Below, in pieces: positions 1 to 11,800 of a stretch of 64,000 nucleotides of DNA (position 1 is the first letter of the stretch; every line of letters starts with the position of its first letter). Below the pieces are notes generated by a model. The model saw only the letters and a list, made by a program, of their open reading frames with translations. It had not been told where the DNA came from and searched no databases. The stretch is from Paramecium tetraurelia (lineage: Eukaryota). Position numbers and translations under genes: made by a program. Where the stretch lies: NCBI GenBank assembly GCA_000165425.1, contig CT868035.1, forward strand, positions 1-64,000. Reading direction: 5' to 3'.

Positions 1-75
1 ATTTCTGTTTCTTCAAATTTCAAATTCCTTATTTCCTCCTTGGATTATCCAGATGTGTGCTCCAAGCTCCAAGAA

Positions 76-164
76 CCCAAACCCCAATACCCAACCCCAA
101 CCCAATACCCAAACCCAAACCCAACCCCAAACCCAACCCCAACCCCAACCCCAACCCCAAACCC
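76..164 (+). repeat. Telomeric repeat tract (mixed CCCCAA/CCCAAA), left chromosome end orientation
   Basis: About 15 hexamers mixing C4A2 and C3A3, the Paramecium telomere mixture. The distal part is degenerate (CCCAATA variants). Confidence 0.9.
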
Positions 165-1056
165 TTTCAGGGGCTCTCTCTTTACCTTCATCATTTCTTG
201 ACTTCTCTTTATGTCATTGCACCCATTCTCAGCCTTCTTCTCTTCTTAATCACTCGAATTGGGCTCAGGGAGACATCTCCCAGCATGCTCCAATTATGAC
301 ATCATCAAGAATATATGATAATTTATTTTTGGTAACTATTTTTTTAAAGATTTATTCCTTTACCTTTAATTTAATGTATGAGATATAAATGAATATTAGA
401 AATGAAAATGGTTAGGCCTTTTATATTCAAATGAAACAAGTCTTTCAAAAAGCAAGCTGGATAATTGTAAACTATTGCAAGAGTTTTTTATTTATTACAG
501 TTTCAGTATATCAACATTCGCAATTGCCATTTTTTCGAGCTTATTAAAGTAGTTTTTGATAGGAAAACGATAAGCATCCTCAAAGAGATGAAGCTTAAAA
601 TTTCCTATATACCATTTCCCTATACGATTCTCCAAAGTAAAGCTTTCTGGTAGTGTTAAACCAACACTGTGATAAAATCTTATGACAAATTCCGATTCTA
701 TCCATTTCACTCAATAAAGCTTCAAAAGTGTTTTATACCTTTCAATTTCTATAATTCATATTTCTAATGAATATGAAATAGCTCTAATTGGACCACAAAA
801 AGAGCATGAATCAAAATCCTTTAAGTATTAAAGTGAATGCTTGATCACAGTTTTAAACTGCTCACCTGGCATGGTATGATAACTCTTTTCTTCTCATTAA
901 GATTACTATTAATAAAAAGGAGGGTTATGTACATATAAATTTAAAGTAGTTTGCAATTTCAAGTTATTCTATATCCACTTCTTACACACATAGACCAATT
1001 AAAATCTTTAAACTTAGTCAAAAATAAGTATATATTGAATAATAAGATCATTTTTG

Positions 1057-1581
1057 NNNNNNNNNNNNNNNNNNNNNNNNNNNNNNNNNNNNNNNNNNNN
1101 NNNNNNNNNNNNNNNNNNNNNNNNNNNNNNNNNNNNNNNNNNNNNNNNNNNNNNNNNNNNNNNNNNNNNNNNNNNNNNNNNNNNNNNNNNNNNNNNNNNN
1201 NNNNNNNNNNNNNNNNNNNNNNNNNNNNNNNNNNNNNNNNNNNNNNNNNNNNNNNNNNNNNNNNNNNNNNNNNNNNNNNNNNNNNNNNNNNNNNNNNNNN
1301 NNNNNNNNNNNNNNNNNNNNNNNNNNNNNNNNNNNNNNNNNNNNNNNNNNNNNNNNNNNNNNNNNNNNNNNNNNNNNNNNNNNNNNNNNNNNNNNNNNNN
1401 NNNNNNNNNNNNNNNNNNNNNNNNNNNNNNNNNNNNNNNNNNNNNNNNNNNNNNNNNNNNNNNNNNNNNNNNNNNNNNNNNNNNNNNNNNNNNNNNNNNN
1501 NNNNNNNNNNNNNNNNNNNNNNNNNNNNNNNNNNNNNNNNNNNNNNNNNNNNNNNNNNNNNNNNNNNNNNNNNNNNNNNNN
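1057..1581. other. Assembly gap (525 N)
   Basis: Run of N. Confidence 1.
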
Positions 1582-3950
1582 AGGTGGTCGAGAATGTGAG
1601 ACCTTGTTATGCTCTTACGATGGGTTTTACATTTCTCAAACTATGTATAAAGGGTTCAATAAATTTGTAACCCGATATATTTCTGATTTCTAAAGGGTTT
1701 GCTCTTTATCCTGTTTTTCCTGTGTGATTTCGCAAATCCTTTATTCCATTTTTTTGATTTCCTATTCCTATTTTTTATTATCTCTCATTTCCGATTAAAC
1801 TTTTCCAGCTTATCTTCATAACTTCCTAATTTTCAATTATGAGTAAATGAACATAACATCTCTTAAGAATTTGTTTGTCCATAAGAAAAACAAGTAATAT
1901 AGACATATTGTTATACTTATAAATCTTATGATTCATATTGTTTCCTGAATATTTCAGTTTAGATTTATTAATCCCAAAACCCTCATTAATGAGTTCCTCT
2001 TTTATTTATCATCACATAATAAAGGTTTTTTCTGAATCCATATGTCCATATTACAATATCTTATATAATGTAAAACGTACAGGTGTCCATAGTTTCATTA
2101 TCACCCCTGAATAGGAGAATATTTCTTATTGCTGCTAGTTAAGTGGATTTCTACAGGGTTATAATTTTGTTTGCTCCATTTGGTACTTCCTATTCGTTCT
2201 AATTGTCATACAAATTCCCAAGTAGTTCACTCTTTCCACTTTAGATATATTAATTTGTCTAACTCATCATTAGATCTATTTGCCATATATTTGGTTTTCT
2301 TAAGGTTAACCTTTAAATCGGATTCTCTTTTCATATGGGTACAATAACTTGGTTAGCAAGGAGAGCCATATCATCCGCACATGCCAGGATTTCGATTATT
2401 TTCTTGCATTCTTTTTGTGGTAGCTTTGCAATTTCAAGATTGATTTTCTAACGAAGGAGTTGTATTACTTGATCAAAGAAGAAATTTAACAGAAATGGTT
2501 TAACGCTGATCCTTGCTGGATTCCATTTAAACCTTATTTTCTCTTTGGTAAGAGTGTTATAAATGTAAAAATTGTAATATAAATTAAATAAGGAATCCTA
2601 ACTCTCTTAATTCATGATATCCCTCTGACAGTTCATTCCTTAAGGGCTTCTCTCTTAATGACATTATAAGCATCAAGAGATAAAAGAATGCTACATTTTT
2701 CTTTTCTACTTAATTTTGACAATATCCTACAAAAATAAGCTTGGATTCCAAATTCTGAGTAAATCCTATTTGGCATAGATTCAAAAATTACTATTGAACT
2801 CTTTAAAATTTGCAGATAGTTCTATTTAATGAATTTTACCAATTACTCTTGACCATTATAGGCCTCATATTTTCACTTTTGGCTAAGTTTCCTTCAACTT
2901 TATTTAAAGGTATCAATCTTTATGCTAAGTAGTCATTCTCTTACCATTTTTCAAGACTAAACAGAGTCATATCAATTTCACATTCTCATTGTATTACCTT
3001 TCTATTATTAGTCTTACCACAGTCATTTGTATAAAATCATATGGTAATGCCTTTTTATACAATTAAATGTATTCATCTGTCCTTTTTAGTATCTCCTCCG
3101 CTCTGATGTCTTGGATAACTGTTGATTCCTCTTGTATTTGATGGATAGTCATGTGATTCTAAATCTTTCAAGCGTTTTGTTCCTCTAATAATCTCGCTAC
3201 CTTTTTCATCTTCTCTCTATACATATGTATTATCTATTTATTATTAGTTATGTATTATTCCTCATTTATTTCGGTATGTTAGTCATCCCTCCTTCCTTCT
3301 CCATCTTAGACTAAATTGTGTGTTGGATAAACTTATGAAATTTCTTTTTATTATTTCTATCCATATCCAAATTTTTTTTTTTTAATTTTTCATTCTATTC
3401 TGTGAAATTCTGGCATTCGTACTAGATCGATTAGCTTCTAGGTTCTATACTCTTTGTCTTCCAATTCTCACCTTTTTCTTCCTCCCTGGATTTTTTATTA
3501 TCTAAAACTGAGTATTACATGTTGTTCCATCTGATAAGCTTGATCATAAATTATTAATGTTGTAGTCAGTATCATTAATTTTGAACCGTTTTACAAATAA
3601 TTATTCTTCCATTCTAGTTTCTTGTTATCAGATCAGATGCTATTTGATAATTTAACAAATCCCCGATTGGTTTTGAGTTCAGATCTATATTAGATTGTCT
3701 AAAATAAGTTTTCCAATAAGATAAGGTATTTCTATGAATACATTTTAATGATCATTCCCAATCAAAATTTAATTATTTCCTAACAAGATTTCCACCACCA
3801 TGGAATTTTAAATTTCTAAATCTTCTCTTATCCTTGCAAATATTTAGGGAATGATTCCAAAAATCAGTTATTTATCATTTCATTCTTTCACATGCCATCT
3901 GTATTCTCATGGTCTAAACCTCATCTGCTCACCATTCCCTGATTCATAAT
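1582..3950 (-). mobile_element. Decayed non-LTR (LINE-like) retrotransposon: reverse transcriptase with probable upstream AP endonuclease
   Basis: Minus-strand RT motifs in canonical order: RLIPLNK (~2910), ENMRPI (~2865), QIGF (~2770), LSLD..AY (~2670), NGIQQGSAL..FLLNFFFD (~2510), ILACADDM (YADD mutated, ~2380), VNYLG (~2225). Weak APE-like GGG, IGDL and LSDG motifs at ~3790, 3660 and 3530. Many frameshifts and stops; boundaries approximate. Confidence 0.85.
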
Positions 3951-6239
3951 TAGTTTGGTGGGCAGGAGACAAATTCTCTGGATGTTTGAATTATGACATC
4001 ATCATAATTTGTGATAAAAAAGTTTTATCTTTTAATTTTATTACATGTCTTAAATTTAAGTCAAAAAGTATAAGTTTTTATTTTTTATTAGAAAAGGGCT
4101 TTATTATCAATGCTAAGCTTATTAAACTCATTTTTATTGGAAATTTTCAAAGCACTACTCTTATTTAAGTATTTTTAATCTAAGCATCTGAAGATAAAGC
4201 AAGATTAAACTAATTTATATATCCAGAATTTAAACTAATGCTTTTTTTACTTTACAGCCAGTAGTTTATATTTCCGACTCAATAGAATGCCCTACTATAT
4301 TCTAAATTCATTTGATTTTGGGCATTAAATTTCTTTCTGAATTTTCCTCTTACATTCACTTTTTCAAGCAATTTAGTATCAAGACCAGATTCATAAAATC
4401 TTTTGGCAAGTTGATTAGGTAATTATTGCTCTATCTGAAAAATGTAACATCATATATTTCAAACATTTACTAAAGATAAGTTAGTACTAAGAAAATTAAA
4501 GAAATTTTGATATTAATAAGTTTAAATCACTTAGTACATAAAGCTATATAAAAAACTTTACACGAACCTTTAGGAGGAAGGTATAAATTAAATAGTTTGA
4601 ATTGGGATTGATTGAGAATTAAAATGGCTATGTAATACTTTTATTTGGTATATATCTTAAAGGATATTAAATATAAATATTAGTATTCCTACTACTCTTA
4701 GTTCATAATTCTATCAAAATGTAGTATAACTTGGTTCATTAGCTAAATTTCCTTCCAAAAGTGGTATTCTATAGGATACTTTAACAAATATTGTCTCAAA
4801 GGTTTATTAATTTTTTGTGTAGTAATTTTAGAATTTCTATATAAAATTCTCAGATTCATTTTATAACAAGATCTTTTAAGTTGAAATAACCATTCTCAAG
4901 CAAAGCAAACTTTTAATTTCATGTAGATATTATAAAGAAAATTAGCATAGGATAAGTCATTATTATTATTTTTTAATTATTAAAATAGGCTACATTAGTT
5001 TAAAAAAGAAATAAATTTTATTTGGATCATTCTTTGCTGACTTAAATACTTGCTATTTTTTATTTTATATTATTGAATTTTGATATGTATACCAATTTGA
5101 ACTTCTATTATGTTTCTTTAATTTTACTTATTTATAAATAAATATTTACATAAAACATAGCTCATTTCTTTATGATTGATAGTGATCTTTAAATTTCTCT
5201 GTAATTATTTTACTAGTTAGTTTTCCAAGTTCAAAATTTGTTATTATAACTTTAGTTAACAGAATTTAAACTTTTAACAACATTACTAAATCAATTAGTT
5301 TGCAGCTTTAACTCAGAAAATTACAAATCTAGTTTCTCACTCTCAAAATTCAAATGAGCACTCTGCGTTTTGAAAATCCTAAAAAAGAGTTGAAATTGAA
5401 ATTCTTATTATTATTATAAAATCAATTCTATTCGTTCTAGCTTTCAGAGCCATAAAAATTAATTCAGATTTGCGTTTATTATTTTAATCATAAAAAATAA
5501 TTAAGTTCCCTATCGATTTCAAATTCTGTACAAAGATTCTATTTCTTGGTACTTTTTTTTCTTCCAATAATTTAACATGAACTTTCTCATATTATCCTTC
5601 AATGCTCTCTACCATAAAGGGAATTTTAGCGATTATCAATATATCGAAAATAATTTCAGCTAGAGATTTGTCTAATGAATGTCCATATTTTTGAATTGGA
5701 ATAGTACAATAGTTAATGTCTGCGGATTTAACAATATGTTGAAATAATTTAGAATTTCAACTAAGAGATCGACTTCTTCATATTTTCAGTAAATTCTTAG
5801 TCATAATAGTTATAAAATATATAAAAATTAAAATATAAAAGACCAGAAAAAAATAACTGAATTCTTTAGAATGAAAATTAATCATATTAATATCTTAATT
5901 TAATTTTAATTTTAGGTTAGATTAGATTTATAATTTGAATGAGGAGATATTTATAAATCATAAGATATCATTTTTAAATACTTTAAAAAGTCTTTTTATT
6001 TTCCTTCTATTACAGTCTGATAGATTACAAAATATTTAACTTGAAATTGAAATTTGATTTACCTCAGAAAATTAAATAGTAGTTTACTCAAAAATTCTCT
6101 TTATAATTCTTTAATAATATAATTTTTTTGTTTTTTAATAATTCTCAAATTAAAAAATTTTACTTTCTGATAGGGCAGTTTTAAAGATATTTAAATTTTT
6201 CTAAATTTATTCGAAGTAATCTCCTAATTTAGTAAAGTA

Positions 6240-6670
6240 GCAGACATATTGTAATGGTATCTTATTTTTTGCAATATAATTTAAATAAGACAAAATTAAT
6301 TGATACTGAGGGTGGTTCTCGAAGTTGGGCTGACACAGTTGCATATACTACCCTCTCTGTCAGAAATATTATCACAATTTTAATGGTTGTCCGAATGAAG
6401 TATCAACAGTGAATACTTTATGCCATTTAAAGTCACTTTACATAATTTAGTTATGGTTCTGTTGTTCCAACAATTGCTTGATCTGCCATCTGAAGATACT
6501 TTGCATCGCTTATTTAAGGTATAATAAACTTTCTTGCTTGGTTTTGATAGCTTTTAACCCTCGGAATCTTGTGTAATTGTGTTATTTAATGAGCATGTTT
6601 GGAATATTGGTGTTTTCGATGGTGCTAACTTTATTTGATATAATTAATAGATCCTTTTGATTTAATATTT
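6240..6670 (+). pseudogene. Possible fragment of a P4-type ATPase C-terminal membrane region
   Basis: Reads DTEGGSRSWADTVAYTTLSVRNIITILMVVR then SYGSVVPTIA, interrupted by TGA and frameshifts. Resemblance judged by eye only. Confidence 0.3.
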
Positions 6671-6849
6671 GAACTGGATTTAGTAGTCGATGTTAGTCCT
6701 CAGGTGAATTTTATATCTGCTGATCGATGTCGTAGACTTATTTAACATACAATATACAAATAATAGATATTTATGCATCTTAATTTATACTTCAAAAACT
6801 ATTTCCTCAATCATTATAATTCGAAAATCTAATTATTTATTTTTTGCAG

Positions 6850-8830
6850 TAAAATTCCAACAAAGCATGAATAGGTAATGTGCATAATTAATTATCAGAT
6901 TTCACCTTTTTACACGACATTGCTTTTTCTACTTCTTAGTTAAGGAAGGATAAGTCAAATTTCTCTATTGTATTTCTAATTCCACCCTCATATAAAAATA
7001 TTGTCCGAATATGACTGATGAGTAAATAAGTGTTAGAGCAATTAATAAGGTTACTCTTTGAATCTTAAGCACATAAACTGGAAGCCAGGAAAGACGCCAC
7101 AGCATATGGGGAAGCTATTAGGCTTCTTCCTTGATGGACTCCAACATGTTTGTTATTATAACCTCTCTAAAGCTTTGAAGACAAGGTCACTCCAACTCGA
7201 GACTTATTTGATTTCTTTTGTAATTTTGTTATCAAAAGATAATCTTGTTCCTTTCTCATAAATAAAAAATATAAGTTATGATTTGATTCCTGACTAAAAT
7301 GAATGATATTTTTGAGATTTAATATTCAAATTTGAATTGAGATTTTTTGATATTTTATTGATAATATTTAATCTACCAATTAAATTATCAAAAATTTTTT
7401 AGATGAAGAATTTTAAATCTATTTACTGATGAATAATCACTATATTTTTCTGAATAAAAAAGATTATCTAACTTTAAAGAGATGATGTTATAAAATTTAT
7501 TAATTCAATTTAATAATTCACAAAATTTAAGAAAGCTCTTTAATTATTGATTCCATTTATTTGACATTTTGTATTCTTACGATAACCTTTACAGGAGCAA
7601 AATGCTATGGAGCTGAGCCCCAATCCTTGATTATCCTTACATTATTTATTTACATTTTGGAAGAATTCTTCATAAGATTTAAACATTCTCCTGCCTAACA
7701 GTTGTATCAACTTTTCATGGAGAAATTTTATCTATATATATTTGATTCTATAAACAACTTAAATTCTAGAAATTATGGTGCATGGGCTTTTTAGTTGGTA
7801 GTCATTGTTCAATCAATCTCATCCAATTTAACCATTTCAATTTTCTAAAAATCCCCTGTTTCCTCTTGAATCTCATTTTCGCTCATATATCTTAATCGAA
7901 ATATAACTTAGATCATTCAAATATGGATTCAAGACCTTATTATTCTTTGAAAATCTTTTGCATTAAAAGATCTTTTTCAGATTTACCCAATCCTGAAAAT
8001 GCCAGATTCATTATTATTGCTAGTAAGATACCTTCAGTAGCATCTAGACAGTTACGATATCTTTTGAACATTGTAATAAGTCCAATAAGATTATATATTA
8101 TGGGGAATTTGGTTTAAAGAGATTGAATTTTTATAATTCTCTTCTATATTTATTTATAGAAAATATCATTATTATCTCATTCCGTTCTATTTTATATCAA
8201 TTCTTACATCCTTCTCTTAACATGAGACAATCTATTTCTATGAAAGAATAGTCTTAATTTATACCATATAAGCATAGGATGTAATAACAAGCTGAAATGA
8301 TGCAGGAATTTTCTTGTTCTGTCTCTTTGTTAATTAGTCATTGAGAGATAAAATTCAAATGAATCCAAATTATCATATTTTCTCGTTTCAGGATAGATTA
8401 TATATGAGTATTTTAACTTTGTAATTTTGTATTTTTATATATTATAGTTTGGTGAGAATCCTACAATTTAATGCATATCAGTTTGACTATCTTATACCGC
8501 CTCTAATTTTCTACCTTTATCTATCTTTGCTTGGTTGCAGTTATCATAATTGTTAGACCATTTATTTTGGAATAATTTTTCTTTAATTTGTTTCAATTAA
8601 TTGACCATTCTAATTAATACATTCATCTAAGTCTTGATACTATTATAAGTATTTGGATCAAGCGCAAATATTTCGATTTAGCTTTCTGTTTTCTTATTAA
8701 AATAGAAGCTGTCCTCTCCATGCATAACTATATGTCTCCAAGGGGCGAAAATTGGAAAATATTCAATCTTGAAAGATGACCCAGAGTTTAGAAATAAAAA
8801 AAGATTTCATCAACAAATTCAAGCGTTTGC
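6850..8830 (-). pseudogene. Degenerate gene of unknown family
   Basis: Long ciliate-code open stretches (e.g. ~8790-8180, LNSGSSFKIEYFPIFAPWRHIV...) broken by TGA and frameshifts. No clean start. Confidence 0.35.
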
Positions 8831-8885
8831 CATAAGCAAAAAATAAAAAAACAGATATAATATATTGTAATAATCTTTTAATTAA

Positions 8886-11800
8886 TCAATTTTCTTGATA
8901 TTACAATCTTATTTAACTTTCTAAAATGTAACTTCCTCTTTATTTAAATAATGTTCGTAAATCCATACCTGATTGATTTATAAATTCTCCTTCAAAGATA
9001 AGAGCCCCTTATGATTGAAATACTAACTATTAGGATAGTAGAAGAATAGTAATATATGAAGAAGCTAAAGAATTATGAAAATAAATACCACTTTCTAAAA
9101 GAATATCATTTTTATATTAAGCCAAAATATCTTTGTAGCGATTATATGAAGGTAAGATCTGTCTTTTTTTTACATCCCATACACGGATAGACTAATCAGT
9201 ACTACCAGATGCTAACGTCATACCATCAGGTGAAAAGCAAACTGTTTGAACCCAAGTATCATGACCAACTAGTTTGGCTTTTTATTCTCCTGTCTTAGCA
9301 TCCCATAAACGGATAGACTTATCATAACTACCAGATGCTAATATAGTACCATCAGGAGAGAAACAGACTGATCGAATATAACTATCATGACCATCTAATT
9401 TTTTTATTTATTATCCTGTCTAAACATCCCACAAACGGATGGTTTGATCATGACTGCAAGATGCTAATGTTAAACCATTAGGAGAGAAGCATACTGATTG
9501 AACAGTGTCACTATGACCATCTAATTTGGCTCTTTGTTTTCCTGTCTTATAATCCCATAAAAGGATAGACTAATCATGACTACCAGAAGCTAACGTTATA
9601 TGATCAGGAGAGAAGCACACTGCTATGACTAAATTAGTGTGACCATTTAATTTGGCTATTTATTACCCTGTCGTAATATCCCATAAACGGATTGTCTTAT
9701 CATTACTACCAGATGCTAACGTTTTACCATCAGAAGAGAAGCATACAGAATTAACAATGTAGGTATGTCCATGAAATTTGGTTTTTATTACTCCTGTCTT
9801 AACATCCCAAATAAGGATTTAGTTATCTGAACTTCCAGATGCTAATAGAGTACCATCAGGAGAGAAACAGACCGAAGAGACAGAATTAGTATGACCATCT
9901 AATTTAGCTTTTTATTATCCTGTCTTCCAATCCCATAAAAGGATAGAGTCGTCTAAACTTCCAGATGCTAATGTAGAACCATCAGGAGAAAAGCATAATG
10001 ATTGAACAGTCTGGCTATGACCATCTAATTTGGTTTTTTATTATCTTGTTTTAACATCCCATAAACGGATAGAATTATCGGAACTACCAGATGCTAATGT
10101 ATTATCATTAGGGGAGAAACAGACTGATTGAACTTAACCACTATGTCCATCTAATTGAGCTTTTTATTCTCCTGCTTTAACATCCCATAAACGGACCGAG
10201 TAATCATTACTACAAGAGGCTAATGTCATTCCATCAGGAGAGAAGCAGACTGATTAAACAACACCATTATGACCCTCTAATTTAACTTTTTAATATCCTG
10301 ACTTAACATCCCATAAACGAATAGACTTATCTACATGTCCAGATGCTAATGTAGTTCCATCAGGAGAGAAGCATACTGATCTGACAGTTTCATTTTGATT
10401 TTCTAGTTTTGCTTTTTATTATCCTGTCTTAACATCCCATAATCGAATTGAGTTATCTGCACTTCCAGACGCTAATGTAGTGCCATCAGGAGAGAAGCAA
10501 ACAGAATTTACAAACATTTTATGGCCATTGAATTGCGCTTTTTATTATCCTGTCTTAAAATCCCACAAACGAATAGTGTAATCATTACTACCAGATGCTA
10601 ATGTTTATCCATCAGGAGAGAAGCATACAGATAGGACTTCTCTACTATGATTTTCTAATTTTGCTATTTGTTATTCTGTATTAACATTCCATAAACGAAT
10701 TGATTTATCTGAACTTCCAGATGCTAATATTGAGCCATCAGGAGAGAAGCAAACTGATGAGACAACATCATTATGACCATCAAATTAGGATATTTATTAT
10801 CCTGTCTTAACATCCCATAAACGAATTGATTCATCTTAACTACCAGATGCTAATTTAGTACCATCAGGAGAGAAACATACTGATAGGACTAAATTACTAT
10901 GTCCAACTAGTTAATGTAAATCATTAATTTTCAAATCTGTCCATTTACAATCAAACAATTAAGCTCCAAATAACTTAACTCCATTAATGTTCACATTAGT
11001 GAATATAGATTAACTGAAGTTGCATTTTGCAAAGTTACCACCAATTAAAGAAGTGTCTTTAATTTCGATTTTCTCAAAACTCATATTAGTAAGATCAACT
11101 TTCATTTCAACTAATATATTAAGTGAGTTAGATCCACCTTAAATAAAATTTTTGTCAATCGCTGTTAGATGCACTAGGAATTTTAAAAATTCTATAATTG
11201 AAACATCCTTTGATATTTTTTTGATAAGATATTTTCTTGTTTCAGCATAAATTTCAGTTGAATAATTAATTTAATTAAATTTATGTTTTTCTAGAATTTA
11301 CATAAGTTTCACAGTTTAATCGATGTTCTTTTATAAAGTCTTTAATTTTTATTGCTTATCAAATATTGATAAATCGTCAACCTTAAGACAGAATTCATAA
11401 TTTTGTTGAGATGAAAAAAATTTTAAATCTTTGATATTCTCTTTGGACATAATTTCTAAAATGGATCTAAATATTTGAGTTTAAAGTTCTTTTGATAATA
11501 CTAAAACTGCATATAAATCAGCTGCTATTAAAAATTCTTATATAGATTTATGGACAAATTAAAAGTTAGTACCATTTTATTAGACTAAAGAACAACTTCT
11601 GATATCCTTTTTATACGATCCATATTAACCATCATCATCAAAATATTCATTTAGCCACTTCTCCTCTTCTTTTTCATCTTTGTACAATAACCCTTATTAT
11701 TTAAATTGCACTTAAGTCATTTCTTTTCCGCTCAATGCTTTTGCAAGGTTAGATGAGTATCTTTTTAAATCATGTAGAAACCGATCAACAAGTATTGATT

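Noticed and set aside
53..388. ORF-track PNPNPKP/QPQPQP proteins
   Set aside because: They are translations of the telomeric hexamers.
495..900. Minus-strand open stretch as the LINE C-terminus
   Set aside because: No recognisable motif, and it is separated from the RT by the gap.
951..1670. Long ORFs spanning X residues
   Set aside because: Artefact of the N gap.
7960..8060. SGLGKS as a P-loop of a very large GTPase
   Set aside because: It does not fit GxxxxGKS/T and other G motifs are not in order.
9150..10910. 126-nt periodic array as a CRISPR-like or satellite repeat
   Set aside because: It is in-frame WD40 coding sequence without repeat-spacer structure.
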